Positions 32,814 to 47,060 of a stretch of DNA of 64,000 bases are shown here, in pieces. The notes under the pieces were generated by a model, which worked only from the letters and a program-made list of their open reading frames with translations, did no database searches and was not told the DNA's origin. Made by a program: the position numbers and the translations under genes. Each line of letters starts with the position of its first letter. Within the stretch, counting starts at the first letter, position 1. Source of the DNA: Rhizophagus irregularis (taxonomy: Eukaryota); assembly GCF_026210795.1 (NCBI RefSeq), contig NC_089435.1, forward strand, positions 4,464,001 to 4,528,000, written 5' to 3'.

Positions 32814-34230
32814 TCATTTATTTTGTAATTTACTAATCGCCTTGGCAACTGGATTTTTTAATGGCCCATCGTAGCCTAATTTCATCCAACTAGGCGCGCT
32901 ATTCAGCACCGTTTCTTCAACGTATTCACTAGGCTTGTACACCTGTTCACGCTTTTTGTCGCCTTTTGTTGTATTACTGTCAACATAGTACAAAAATCTG
33001 CGCAGTTTTGTTTTAAAATGAATTAGCATATGCCAGTTATATGTAACCCATTTCAATAAATTCACTTACAGTACTGGAGCGCCATCGCAGGTTACGCACG
33101 ATGATTATGTTTTGCTCGTCCTCGTTTTCTGAAATTTCTGGGCTATGATAGCCGTTTTCTGTGATTATTGGCCGCAATTCTTCGTTACTAAACTTTTCAA
33201 TCAACAGATCATTAATTTTTTTTAAATTGTTGATCGTCTTTGATCTTTTTTTTCTTTCTATTTTATAAAAAACTCGTAAATAAATAATGATGATTAGGAT
33301 GATTAGTAAAATATAACATTTATATTTACCTCCGATCATCGTGAATTTTGGTGTTTTCGTCCTGTTTCTTTCTTTATATCATTTTCTGATTTATTTTTGA
33401 CCCGAAGATTGTCCCTTTTGTGGCGGTGCCGCTGATGGATCATCTCGTATATGACACCTTCCCCTATGGTGTAGGTGTCAAGATCCAATGTTTTCATTAA
33501 ATTTGGCACAATCGTTTTAACTACAAGATCCTTTTGAAGCTCGAACATTTTTTCGATATCTAATTGAGTTTCCTGAAGCATTCTTGCCTGATTCCAGAAT
33601 AGATCTCTCTAAAAATATATTATTATCAGTAAATTTATAAAAAATAAAAAATACAGCGAAAGTTTTGTTTACCCTTAATGCTTCTCTCAAATCTTTGGGC
33701 ATTTCAGATACATGTTGGTATCGTCGTTCTTTTGACCTTTTTCTTTTCTTGTCATCTCTTAGCCTAGAATCAGAATCAAGAATTTGAGTGCCTTCCGGGT
33801 TTAATTCTATCAATTGTATATTGACCATTAAGCAGTGAATCAGAATGTTTAGAACACAATAAGCAGAATTATACGACATACTAAATGTACCTAGTTCCGA
33901 TTCCGATTTTGATTCTGATTCCGAACTAGATTCGTATAAGATTTCTGATTCTGGGCTGCTTTTTGTATAAATTTATAAATATATCTCAATTTTTGATAAG
34001 TTAACTGACACGAAGGGTTACTTACTCTTCCTTACGAAGCTTTTTGTTTCCTATTTTGTAAACTCTATTGAAAGTTATGTTGAAAAAAAAAGAGAAAGTT
34101 ATGTATCAGTTAGCCTCCGAGGTTCTCTGGGATAAAAAAGGTCCGGTTCTTTATCTATTAGGAAGCCTTGTTAGTAGAGGGCTCAGAAGCCTTCGGGCTT
34201 TTGACTTCGGTCGTTGCAGAAATCCAACGA
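32814..34230 (-). CDS. Multi-exon CACTA accessory gene A (exon limits approximate)
   Basis: Spliced segments MPKDLREALR / GVIYEMIHQRHRHKRD / ITENGYHSPEISE…VRNLRWRSST / LRRFLYYVD; paralogous to gene B. Confidence 0.55.
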
Positions 34231-34751
34231 CAAGATTTTATAACTTTACTTACTATAAAGGACTGAAAGAACTGAAAATTTTAGACCAAAAAAAAAAAGA
34301 CTTATAATATGGTAAAAAAGAACAACGTTTCGCTCTGCAATATAATTAATTCGTGAATGTCGGTATCGTTCTTAACCCACCACACGATGCTGACCCGCAT
34401 AATATATTTTAATAAGGGTCAAGATGATGTCACCAGAAGGGTCAAGTCCAATATTTTTGCAACTAAATCATTTGAGCGAATTACCAAAATGGACGGACCG
34501 CGTGATAATTTTCTGGTTTCGCTATAGTAAAACCCGATTAATATTAATTTTTCATTAATACCCTGTACAATTTCCTATCTTCACATGCCATTAAGCAATA
34601 ATAGTCTATTCAGACCGGACTAATATATGAAATTGTACATATTAAAAGCTCTTTATTCGTCGATTTTGACATTCATAAATAGGCTATAAGATACATACGT
34701 AGAAATTCTCAAATTTTTCATTGAACGCTTCGATCTTACTAAAACATAATC

Positions 34752-37700
34752 ATGTCTACAAAACTTAGATATAAAGTATCATGTGATTGCAAGGAATGCA
34801 ATGGCAAATATGTTGATGAAAGAACCAGAAAAAGACATCTAGATTTAGAGCGTCATTTAGCGTCTAGCGTTTCCGGATTTGTCCCTTTTTTACCCGGAAA
34901 CAATCGGATTAAGCCAGCACATACCATCTATCATAGTCCGATCGTAAAAGAATCATCAAGATCAAAAGAAATGACCGGACAAGAAGAGTCAACATCATTT
35001 AATAATAATTATGAATCAGATTTTGCCAGTTTTATCCCTCAAAAAAGGCGTAGACAAGACCAGTTTCGGGAACTGGAAACCAATAAGGAAAGCAATGAAC
35101 TGATTAATGAATATGAATATGAAGGTGACATTTCTCCAGAAGACAATATGGATTTGGATGACGATCCTGTTGAACAATTTGCTGCGCCCGAAAATGATTC
35201 AGAATTTGCATATCCCGACACAAATGTTAATATTGCGGATTCTTGGATATTAACATGGATATTTAAATATCAAGCAAGATTTTGCTTGCCGGATGTTGCA
35301 CTAGATTCTTTAATAAAGTTTTTTCATCAAGTATTAATGGATGCTAATCAGACGAGATTCAAAGATTTCCCGTCTTCTTTATACACTGCGACTAAGTTAT
35401 TACGAATCGACAACCAATCTATGACTTACGCAGTATGTCTGAGCTGTAATACATTATATAATATAGCTGATGTTGTTGCAGATGAAGGATTTAAATGTAC
35501 GCATATAGAATTTCCAATGAAACTGAAGGAAAAATTTTGCGGAATGGAATTAACTGTGCAAGTACCGTATGGTAATGGAAATAAAAGACGCCCCAAATTG
35601 TTATTTCCATTGCTGAATTTGAAAATACAGATAAACAATTTGTACCAGAGACCAGAATTCAAGCAACAACTACGAAAATGGACCAATCGGGATGTAAATA
35701 ATGGTATGTTAGCAGATATTTATGACGGTAAAATCTGGAAAACTTTTCCAGACACTTCAGACGTCCCATTTTTTACACCGGAGACTGCAGATTTCCACTT
35801 GGGAATTATGATTAATCTTGATTGGTTTCAGCCTTTCGAGTCATCTGTATACAGCTGTGGGGCTATTTATGGGGTTATTTGTAACTTACCGCGTGAAATT
35901 AGATTTAAAAAAGAAAATATGTTGACGCTTGGTCTACTACCAGGACCAAGCGAGGTTAAGTTACACAAAATTAACCATTATCTCGCTCCGATTGTTGATG
36001 AGTTATTAGAGTTCTGGGATGGGATTGAGATTCCCGCCACTGAAAAAAATATCCGATTGGCATTAATATGCTGTTCGAATGACATTCCTGCGGCGAGGAA
36101 GCTCTGCGGTCACATATCAGCATCAGTGAGCTGCCATAGGTGTTATAAAACTGCAAATTCAAATGGAAATGGAAATAAGTCAAATTTTGGCGGCTTTGAT
36201 GATATGGTTGACTGGTTTGTAGAAAGAGATTTGGATGAACATCGACGGAATGCTGAGCTTTGAAGACTGTGTAAATCTGAGGAGGAAAGAAAATGTCATG
36301 TGAGTTCAACCCATGTTAGATGGTCCGAACTGCTTCGATTGCCGTATTTTAATCTGATAAGGTACCTTGTCATAGATCCAATGCACTGTTTGTTCCTCGG
36401 AATAGCCCATTGGATAATTAAAAAATTATGGATCGATGGCAACAAGATCACGAAACAAGATCTAGAAAAAATGGAAAAGCGAGCAAAATACATACAAATA
36501 CCCACGGATTTGGGGCGTATTCCAAATAAAATCGCAACTGGAGAAGGATTTTCCGGATTTACGGCCGACCAATAGAAAATGTTTGTTCTAATTTATGCTA
36601 TCCCGTTGATGTGGGATTTGCTCGCTGAACCAGATCGACAAATTTTGGGAAATTTCGTTAGAGCTTGTTCTCTGCTAGTTTATCGAATTATTGACTGTGA
36701 CATATTGAACGATGCTCACGAACATTTGCTCAAAGTTGCAACGTTAATTGAAGAAAATTATGGTCTGGAAAGAATAACCCCAAACCTCCATTTGTGTCTT
36801 CATATTGCCGATTGTTGCCGGATTATAGTCCATTATATTCTTTCTGGTGTTTTTCCTTTGAAAGAATGAACGGTATCTTCGGTAGGTATTTTGTGAACTG
36901 TTTAATCGTTTAAGCTTGCTAATAATTTATTAAATAATATATCAATAGGCTCTTTTCCCAATAGTAATCGTCAAATTGAACCCAAACTTTTACGAATTAT
37001 AATGTGGAATTGGAGACTTGATAACCTTGTATCCGTTCAATCAAATAATGTTAAGCTTCAGTTGTTGAAGCTTTAAAATTAATTCAACCACGATCAACTT
37101 CTGGAAGTTTGGCAGCTTACGATAATTTTAATTACACTGAGCTGTATCAATTTAGAAAGGTATTCTTCCAAGAAGTTGATGAAACGATTGTCGGTAGCGA
37201 ACCATTTCCTGGAGAAATGCTTACGCCATGTAAAAATCGGGTTGCCTTGCCTGATGATATTTATCAAATCCTAACCGAATATTATAATATTGCTTACGAC
37301 TTGCAATTTGTAACAATTGCTGAGTCAACATCAACCAGTTCAAGAGATGCAATAGTTGTGCCAAATATGGTTGATCAATTTGGGCGGGTTAGGATTTCAG
37401 CAGAAGTGTTTAGATCGGCAATGGCACCCCGATACCTGAAAAACGCGAATGTTTTGGCAAAATTTATCCAAAACAATGAAACGACTGACTTATTTCCAGG
37501 TCAGGTACAGTATTATTTTGAACATACTGTGAGAATTTCGGGTGAACTTAAAACACATCGATTAGTATTTGTTAAATGGTATAAACTGGCGCCAAACCAG
37601 AAAACCCGATTTTATACAAGTATTGATGGTGATGAAAAAAGCTCAAATATTGAACTTTGGCGAAATGAATTTTATGAGATAGAGTGAGATTGTTTAATTC

Positions 37701-37810
37701 CAATTCATTACTTATATAGTCGCTTTGTATCTGGTGAATTTGTAATTGGCAAAAAGAATCCTATCACATATAATGCTGTAATCCCAATAAATAGGCAGTT
37801 TCATTTGTGA
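34752..37810 (+). pseudogene. CACTA/EnSpm (Tnp2, Transposase_21-type) transposase, disrupted
   Basis: ADIYDGKIWK, MINLDWFQPF, ICNLPREIRFKKEN…LLPGP, NDIPAARK…CHRC, DPMHCLFLG, GFTADQ, TPNLHL…FSFERMNG, GQVQYYF; several stops, frameshifts and one intron near 36882-36948. Confidence 0.92.
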
Positions 37811-38830
37811 GAATTTTTACTGGTATAATAGAATTCTATTGTTTGGTGAAAATATAAATTTTAAATATGCAGATTTACTTTAACATTTAATGGAAGTGTA
37901 CGATGTATTATATTTTTATTTTGAGTAATTAATTAGTTACACGACTATTTCAATTCAAGTAACTAAAATGATAGTTAAATAACCCTTCGGCTGTTGTTAA
38001 TATACAAAAAAGATCAGAATATCAAGACTCGGGCTGGTCCAAAGGACTCACGGCATCCAAGCCAACTGGTCCAGAGAACTCACGGTCATGGTCAAATATT
38101 CTGGAAAGTAATGCATACAGCAGGTACTGAATTCAGAAATATAATCCAGGTATTACATTCCCTAACCAATACGCCACTGCAGCATTAAAGTTACAATAAA
38201 AAAGTTCTAATATAATTTATTTGATTGATTTTCTTATAAGGTAATCATGCATGAGTAATTAGTCTGTAAGCAGCAATAAAAATCGTGCCGATTATAAAAA
38301 ACTCATGATAAATAAGTTCATCAGCTTTCTGCCGGTCATCTCTTACGTTTGAAAGTTTTTTTGAAAGTGGATTGTAATTTCAAAAATTTATTACAGGTAT
38401 ACCGATAATGATCAAATGGAACAAATTTACTTGAAAATTTAATGCATATCCTTCAATTTTAATAGGTCGGTGAAAACAAAGATTACATTCAAGTCAGTTT
38501 CTTTTTTACGGTTATCGATTTTCTTTTATATAAACCGATTCCGCTTTAATATAATAATAAACATTCTTAACAATTATCTTATATATTCATACCAGTTTTT
38601 TCTTATAGTTATTGGTCTTTCGTACGAATATCACAATATTCTGTTTTTATATCTGCATTTTTTTTTATCTCATTTTTTTGTAAATAGTCAAAGGTTATAA
38701 ATTGATTTTTATTTTAATCCTAGGGGTTATAATGGGCCGAAAGCATAAATATAGTAGCCTTAAATACATTAGGCAAAACCTGATATGAAAGAATAAGAAT
38801 TTAACGCGAGTAAATGACTTTTTACAAATA

Positions 38831-39151
38831 ATGTCGAATCACGCAACGATCAGGGATATAGAATCTCGGAAAAAGGTTGTAGAATTAGAAAACTGTAATC
38901 GTGCGTTAACGGAAATCATGAGTATGCAGAAAGAAGCAAATGATTTTCTACAACAAAAGATCAATATATTAGAAACTCAGCTATCCCTACTTAATAATTC
39001 AGAAATGGGAACTTTATTAAATAATCAAGAAGTGAATTCGTTCAGCAGTGCTCTGATGTTAGCATCCTCTGTCAAAATAAATAATATCAGAAGTGAGGAG
39101 GGTGAGGAGGATGAAGACGGTAAAATTAAAATACGTGAAATATGCGAGTAA
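38831..39151 (+). CDS. Small coiled-coil hypothetical ORF within the CACTA element
   Basis: 106 aa ORF; heptad-like composition only. Confidence 0.3.
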   Translation: MSNHATIRDIESRKKVVELENCNRALTEIMSMQKEANDFLQQKINILETQLSLLNNSEMGTLLNNQEVNSFSSALMLASSVKINNIRSEEGEEDEDGKIKIREICE

Positions 39152-39188
39152 GTCTTATTTCGATATAATATTTGTCAAATAATAAAGT

Positions 39189-39436
39189 CAAATAATAAAT
39201 AATAGAAAAGTTTGTAAATCAATGATATATCTTATTAAATAACATATAACATATACCAGTGTTGCTTAATTTCTGCAAATTTCGCGTATCATATTACATC
39301 ATTACATCGTTACAGTCAAATAATAAATTATAGAAAGTTGTAAGTCAATGATATATCTTATTAAATAACATATAACATATACCGGTGTTGCTTAATTTCT
39401 GCAAATTTCGCGTATAATATTACATCATTACATCAT
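39189..39436 (+). repeat. ~122-bp tandem duplication
   Basis: caaataataaat…tcaatgatatatcttattaaataacatataacatatacc…attacatcattacatc occurs twice. Confidence 0.9.
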
Positions 39437-39634
39437 TAGTCTAATGATTAATTGTCAAGATTTTAATTTATTAAATTTATTAATCATTTAATTGTTAATT
39501 GTTAGAACAATTGAAAATTGTTAAAATTGTTAAAAATAATGAAAATAATCGATCTGAAAAAAAAATACTGATTTCTTTCTATACTGTGGATATTTTTATG
39601 TTTTTTAAAAAAATTTAAAAAATTTGAATTAAAT

Positions 39635-41661
39635 ATGTCCAATAAGAAAGATTTAGAGAAAGTAGATGAGCTATTGGGTAAGTTGATCGGCGGACAGCAG
39701 ATATCAGGATATTACTAAAAACTAATGATTATCTAAATTAATAGCTTTTACCCAACAAGCCAAATATTTTTTTGAAAAAATTGCGAATATTATACAAGGA
39801 CAACAAGAACAGCAAAATAATGAACCCTACGGGGTGCCAGGTTCTTCACGGGCTGTTTCTTCACGGGCTGTTTCTTCACGGGGTTCTTCACAGGCTGGTT
39901 CTCAACAAGAACCAATTCTTATATCGTCAGATGAGGATATAACAATTAAAATGGAAAAAAGCGACACTGCTGTAACTAGCGGTATTAGTGAAAAAGGTGA
40001 AGAAAGCGCTGTAACTAGCGCCACTAATGAAAAAGAAGATGAAAGCGCTGGCGCTGTAACCAGCGCCACTAATGAAAAAGAAGATGTAAGTGCTGTAACC
40101 AGCGCTACTACTAATGAAAAATACAGGGGTACTAAAAAGGCCATCAAAAAAAAAATACTAACGATGGCGACAAAAATTCCAGAAAAGCCATCAGCGATAA
40201 AGCAAAGGGAAAAGCCCCAGTCCAATCAAGTTCAGACGATTCAAGTGATTCAGACAGCTCCTATAACTCAAATAGTTCAAATACTCCCTTCTATTTGATG
40301 AAGAGTGATATGCCAAAAGATCTAAGAGAAGCCTTAAGGGTAAATAAGGATATCTCAAATTAATTTTATATATATTTATTAACTGATATTGTTGATTTTA
40401 TATAGAAGGAAGTTATTTGGAAGTATGATGCGTTACCAGAAGGGAGAAGGATTGATTTGGGTCAAACATTCACTAATCAGCGAAATCGCATTATTAATGA
40501 TATTATACCTAGTATAATGGAAAATATTAATAATAATATATTTCCTATTTCTAACGAAATTTTATATGATATAATTTACTCCCTTCATCGTCATCGACGT
40601 GAAGAGCACCTTAAAAAGAATCGGTCATCGTCAAGAAAAAAATTGCAAGAAAAAAGAAAACATTCCAATACCAGACGCCACGACGTGAGTAAATAAAGTT
40701 TTGTACAGTGTATATATTTGCTTAATACTAACTTCTTATCTAATACAGAAAAGATTAAAAGGGGAAGACTAATAAAACATTTACAGATGGTGAAAAATTC
40801 ATTAGTCAAGAAATTTAAGGACGAAGACTTACAATTAATAATTGACAATAACGCTTACCATTCACCTGAGGAATCTGAGACTGATTGCGAAAATGGGAGA
40901 AGCAATATTCTTGTCAAAGATCTTAAGTGGAGATCTGACACAGTGAGTATTTCTTCCTGCTTTTATTATTTTTAATTTTACCATTTCTGACTATTTTTAA
41001 TTTTACTAACTATTTCTACCTATTTTTAATTTATTTACTAACTATTTCTAACTATTTCTAACTATTTCTAACTATTTTTAATTTTACCAACTATTTTAAT
41101 TTTTTTAAGTTACGATTATTTTTGCGTGAATATATTGATCGATTAAGAACTGAACAACCAAATAATAGAAAATTACGTGAGCGAGTTACGGGCAATTGTT
41201 TTTGTAATAATGAACTAGCGGCGCCTTTGTTGGCGCCGCATTGGACTCATTCCGGATATAAAGGAAAGTTAAAGATTGCAGTCACCCAGCAGCTGGACCA
41301 GCGTCAAGACCAGCAGTATGACTTGATGAAATTTGCGGAAAGTGAAAAGTCCTTTAATGATGGATATGATGCTGACGTTGGAGAAGGGGAGGAAGAAATG
41401 GAAGAGACTGTTTTATTAACAAGTACTGACCAACCTTCCAACCAATCTTCCAACTAACCTTCTAACCAATCTTCTGACCAATCCTCTAACCAACAACCTT
41501 CTGATCAATCCTCCAACCAACAACCTTCCGATCAATCCTCCAACTAACAACCTTCCAATCAATCCTCCAACTAACAACCTTCCGGCCAATCTTCCAACCA
41601 ACCTTCTGGCCAACCTTCTGACCAACTTTCTGACGATAATTATCTTGAAATGGACGATTGA
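39635..41661 (+). pseudogene. Multi-exon CACTA accessory gene B with repeat-rich termini
   Basis: MPKDLREALR / LYDIIYSLHRHRRE / IDNNAYHSPEESE…VKDLKWRSDT / LRLFLREYID; SAVTSATNEKE repeats; C-terminal QPSxQ repeats (41429-41634) carry TAA stops. Confidence 0.6.
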
Positions 41662-42921
41662 TGGTAGTGATTGTGGTGGTGTTATGATGGTGGTGATTTC
41701 CTATATTTTGTATTCTATTTACCTATTTTTCACTAATAACCGATCCCCCCTCCCCTGCTTTTGCGAATTTTATGTATATTAATTAGTACATACAGTTAAT
41801 TTTTTTTTTCTAAAAATACTTCCTTCAAATAATATTATTGTAATATTTCTTTTTTCAATTATTTCTTTAATCATCCAACGATATTCTTTTTTATAAAAAT
41901 CTTCAACTTTCTGCCTATTTTTTCTTTATTAAATATCATTCCTTGTATATTCCCTTGTTCATTTTGTACACATTATTTCATCATGTATAGTCAAATGATA
42001 AATTTTCAGTGGGTAATTAGGAGAATTATTAAATCTTTTAATACAATTGGTGACAAAATTGTTTATTATTTAGAATAAATCATTTACTAGCTTATGCAAT
42101 ATAAAAGAATGTGGGTACATACATTTTTATTATGATTTCCATCATTGTTCGGTTTACTAGTAACAGTTAAAATAAGTCAGCCAGTAGTATTGAATTTTTA
42201 TTCTTCGATAAGTCTTAGATCAGATAAAATCATAAAGCACATTTATTGAATGAGCATCAATCGGCTACATACAAATCATCTATTACAACTATTTGCAAAA
42301 TAACGGACCAGCTAATTCAATTTTCGATTGCGTATGAATATTTCATACGCAGCCATACGCAGTTATATACGCATAGTTAACTGCTAGAATTATTGTGATA
42401 TAACTGCGGATGATTACATATGAAAAACTCAAAAAATGAGTTTGACAGTCTGAGCAGATATTACCATGCGTATGACTGCGTATGAAAATTTCATACGCAG
42501 TCGAAAATGAATTAGGTGGTCCATTATTTTCGCAAATAGCTGTAAGTAGTCCGTTATTTCGCAAATAGCTGTAATCTGTATCAATCGGACATATGCCTGA
42601 TTGGTACCCGATTGACAATAATTCGACCTGCTGATAGCCGATTGATGACTGATGGTCAACAATATCCAATCGGCAACCAATCGGTCAACTTCCAATATAG
42701 ATGACAGATGGCTGATTGTTTACCGATTGTTAAACTGGCACCAATCAGTCACCAATCGGCACCAATCGGTCATACAACTGATGTGTAGCCGATTGAAATA
42801 AATGCCTGATTGATGACCAGTTGGTATCTGAATGAATGAATCAGTAACAGATCAGCTACCAATCAGGTACCAATCAGTTATATGACCGATTGATGACCGG
42901 TATATTATATTTCGACCTGTG

Positions 42922-44546
42922 TCATCGAAAAGCTTTCTCTTCTTTTTTGTGTCCTCCCGACTTGCCATCCCAAAGTCAATCAGGTAGATGTCGCCATTGT
43001 CATTAATTAAGATGTTTTCCTCCCGAGTGTCATTGTGGAGGATATTATGCTTGTGAATCGCTTCTAATCCCTTAATAGCCCTCGACCTTTGCCGTTTCAT
43101 TATTTTATGGTCGCTCAACATAGTGCCGATAATGGTCAAGCCGATAACGAAGCTCATACCTCCTCCATAATATCCATAACAGATCAGCTTTGGGATATAC
43201 TTACCTTGAATATCAGCTAGATCTTTATAAATCTCGACTTCTTTTTGCATTTCTTCCAGGATATACGATGGAGCCTTCGATAAGTCTGCACTCTTCAGAG
43301 CAATCATATCTCCACGAAATTCGCATAGGAGGGTTTTCCCACTTCGTCCTTCACCTAATATGCTCTTGAACTTGAAGTCTGAGAAGCTATAATTGTTCTG
43401 CTTAACAGAAGTGTTAGAAGATGATTGTTGATTCGCAAAGGTGCTGGAAGATTGTTGTTGATTTAATGAGGAGTTGGACGATGACTTTGAGTGTGACCGA
43501 AGAGTACGTGAATCATTGTCCCCTTGAACCGGTACTACTACTTGAGGTTTAGGAGACTTGGGATTCTCTTTCGCCCGTCGAGTTAGATATGCATATGCCT
43601 TGAGAACTGGTGGAGATTCGGACTGAAGTGAGAGAGTTTTTGAGATCCAGAGATCTGTATGCTCTCGACGTAGGAACTAGTGATTATCATAGGTGGTAAG
43701 AATGCCATATCTAAGTTCGTTTCCTCCCATATAATTATAGATTTGTTGAACTACATCCTTGCCCTTACTCGTCTGATAAAACTCAGAAAATGTCTGTTCG
43801 CCCATATCTTCTAAAACATGCTTTCTTTTAGCCTCCATCACCAAGATCAATGAACCCACGAGATGACAGTTGAAATCTGGTATGCCGGGAGTGTCAGTAG
43901 ATTTCCTTGAATATACATAGTCTGGTCCTGTAAGATCATTCAATATCATACAAATATTAACATTTATGGCATTACGAACATCCTCTTCATCGACCACAGC
44001 AAATTTATCATTAAATCTTGGCCTCTCAAATATCGGCTGTTGGTCGAAGCGGAATTGATTCACTTTATCGAAAAAGTCCCCCCAAAGCTGTACACTTGCA
44101 GGCGGGTCACCAACAGCCTTTGTAGTGGTCTTCGAGGTAACGCAGTCCGTAGAATATGTTATGGGTGGCGGAATACACGACAACGCCTCTTCCAAGCTGA
44201 GAACTGGAAACGAATATGTGTTATTATTACTAGGGCAAATGACGAAAAATTAGACTATACCAGACACTCCAGACACTTACGTGGCAATTTTACGATGACA
44301 TGGATATGTTCTTCGGGAGGTGAGTCTGGGAAATATTTCGAAATCTTTCTTATTGCCAACAGCTCGTCACTGTCCTGGAGTATTAGATTTCTTAATTGAT
44401 CGTCCTGATCGCCAGGGATTGACACCTTCCATAGCTTGAGCCTGTCTGCGTCTATACCAGCAAAGTCATTTTGTTCTATCAATATCTATGGCAAAAGCAC
44501 TAGCGGTCGTATTTCCTTTGACGAGACATAGTAAAGTGATAGACAT
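42922..44546 (-). pseudogene. Crinkler (CRN)-type effector-like gene: N-terminal ubiquitin-like CRN domain, REase-like domain, protein kinase; 3' end cut by the CACTA element
   Basis: MSITLLCLVKGN…LKLWKV…HIHVIV; PDFNCH…MEAKR…QQIYNYM…YGILTTYDNH*; LGEGRSG, IALK, HNDTREENIL, LIDFG. Confidence 0.85.
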
Positions 44547-45379
44547 GTTTTCGGCTTATACAAGAGACCGATCACCACTTTGCATCATAAGTGCAAATCA
44601 CTGCGCCTCCCTAACCGTGAAGACTCTTCTCACTTATCACCTGACGTTTTTATATAGGCTAGTGGCTAGATTAGTTCGGATAAAAATATTAGATTTATGC
44701 TTTAGCGTCTTCGACTAGTCCATGGACCGCACCATTACACGTGACCCTTTCTCATGTACAGTACAATAATAATACTTTATTTATGAAATAAAAATGTTGC
44801 CGGAACCGGCTTAACATTACATAAAAACTATTACATAGCATGATAAAAAAATACTAATTATTTCAGAAAATGGACAGCGCAAGCGGATCTCCTGTAGGGA
44901 TCGCGCGAAGTTTGCTTTCTGATTCGCTAGAGTCCAATATCCGAGGGAGGCTTTTTTTCCAACTCCACCTGGGGGTATATGATGATGTTAATAGGTTTTA
45001 AGCCGGCTATTTTACCTTCTTCTAGAGGAAAAGGCGATGCAAAGTCTTCTTCCCCCAAGGAAAAGCATTGAGAAATTTTTTTTGCGGGTCCATCCATACC
45101 CCTTGTCTTTTTTCAGGTTTATCGCTATTCACAGTATTGATTAGAACATTATTTTCTTGAAAGAAATCTTTCCTATATAGTTCGATGTTTATTTCTTCTA
45201 AATCTGGCCGGTCAGTTTTGATCTTAGCTTCCAGGTCACTAACGGTCAAATCCCTATCAATTATTACATTGAAAATTTTGACCTCACTACGAACGAAGCA
45301 AGTGAAGGTGCTAGACTTCTTACTTTCCTAAATTCATGGTCCATTGTGAGAACTTTTCGCTTGCATGTATACAAAACTT

Positions 45380-45785
45380 TGCCAGGCTGAAAGCACTCAG
45401 GGTAGGCGCTTCGCATGGCATATACATACCTTATTTTGCGACATTTTACGGATATTATTTTTGCGGAAAGTTGGCTGAACTTCCACATACCCCTACATGC
45501 TTTATATCTTGCTGGGAAAAAGTTAAGGAGGTATGAGGCGTAATTAGTATTGTCGTCTGATGCCAAGAGTTTTATGAAAGCACATGCAAATGGAATCCTC
45601 ATACCTTTTCACATGGAGATCTACCGGAAAGACATATACTTGGTTTTATGCTTGGCGATCTCAAAATTGTGAGTCCACCAGACCTTCATAACATATGCTT
45701 TTACCGTAACTATTTACTTTTAGAGTTGGTCCTGTGTTGCTTGTAGACATTCTTTCACATTTTTCTCATGTTTGTTTGGGAAAAA
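45380..45785. repeat. Dispersed repeat, copy 1 (matches 49468-49808)
   Basis: Shared aacttccacatac…tacatgcttt…ttgctgggaaaa…taattagtattgt…ataccttttcacatg…tcaaaattgtga. Confidence 0.85.
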
Positions 45786-47060
45786 ATAAGAATAGGAAGT
45801 TAATATTTGTTTGCAAGAAATTCCCCTGTCGCACAGACTTGCCTGTGTGATTAACAATTACATCATTGTGCTTCTGATTTCGGACTATTGCTCCGGACTG
45901 GCGATCCCTTATCCGGTTTAACTTTATTATATGGTAGATCGGGATCGGAAATATCATACGGCAACGGTTTATTAATATCTGATTTTAGTAACTTTACCAT
46001 GTTTCCAACTCCTCCAGTCTATTCATTAGTGCTTGGGCTGATTCTGCAAGCTACAAGTTTATAATTGTTTTGAACTCACGAGTCTTTCAGCTACTTTTCT
46101 ATGCGTGTATGTCGAAAAAATTAAAATTTTCGTTTCGTCTGTGTAACCTTGATTTTTTGGCTTCAGTTTTTTTGGTGCTTGATCAGCCTGTGTAACATTT
46201 GAGTTGGCTCCCGTTTATTTATCTAACCTACTCCAGAAATGCCAAGTCGGGTGATTTTCACCATTGCGTAATTACACTTGGATGGCAATGTTGATCATTA
46301 CATTAGTTCGGACCAATAAACAGATTTTTATGATAAGTTGCAAGTTCAACCTGTCGAAATGCAAAAATCGACTCTTTTTAATATGCCGGCATTTGATTTT
46401 CCAAAAACCGTCTTGAAATCAAAGGAGTTACAACTAACTTCCTTAGTAATTCTGGGAATACTTACTTATCGTTTCATTAGTAGTCGTCATATTGGGAAAG
46501 ACCAGAAGACTGTTGAGAGCCGAATGCGTCGAAATCGGCGAAAGGATCCTGGTAAGAAATTTGAAACAACATTTTCCTTCATATAATAGTAATATATGAT
46601 GAACTGTTTCAAATATTTCTTGGCTCATCTTAACATATTTTCTTTTCTTATTAAACCCAAAACAGATAGAACCAATATTAGACCGTCAGGACACGGACCA
46701 GAAACATATGATCCCCGTATAGATTATGATGACCTCGTGTGGCAACTATATTATGAATCGCATAAGGGAGAAGAGGAAGCTGAAGAATTAAAAAGAATGA
46801 TGGATTCATTGGGAAAGTGATTTATTGTAGTTATTCTACACCAGCTAACAATAATGTTATCTAATGTATACAGTAACATTTATTTTAAATTTTAGTTAAT
46901 TACAATTATGTCATTTAAGATATATCATGTGATGCTATTTGCTAAAATACTAGATTCTCAATTTAACCTTTTGCATGAAGAGATTTTATTAATAATAATA
47001 ATGCTATGGTGACATCATTGCCATTTGAGATTTTATAACATTATCTACGGTAAATAGAAC

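Larger units (their letters stand above)
29085..42921 (+). mobile_element. CACTA/EnSpm-superfamily DNA transposon (right end intact, left TIR not found)
   Basis: Right terminus …ttcgacCTGTG (CACAG on the minus strand) at 42921; CCGATTG/CAATCGG subterminal arrays at 29090-29420 and 42580-42900; central Tnp2-type transposase. Confidence 0.8.

Noticed and set aside
44870..46820. Fragmentary ORFs (ubiquitin-like/CRN-like fragment and repeat-derived ORFs)
   Set aside because: Too degraded to build a supportable gene model
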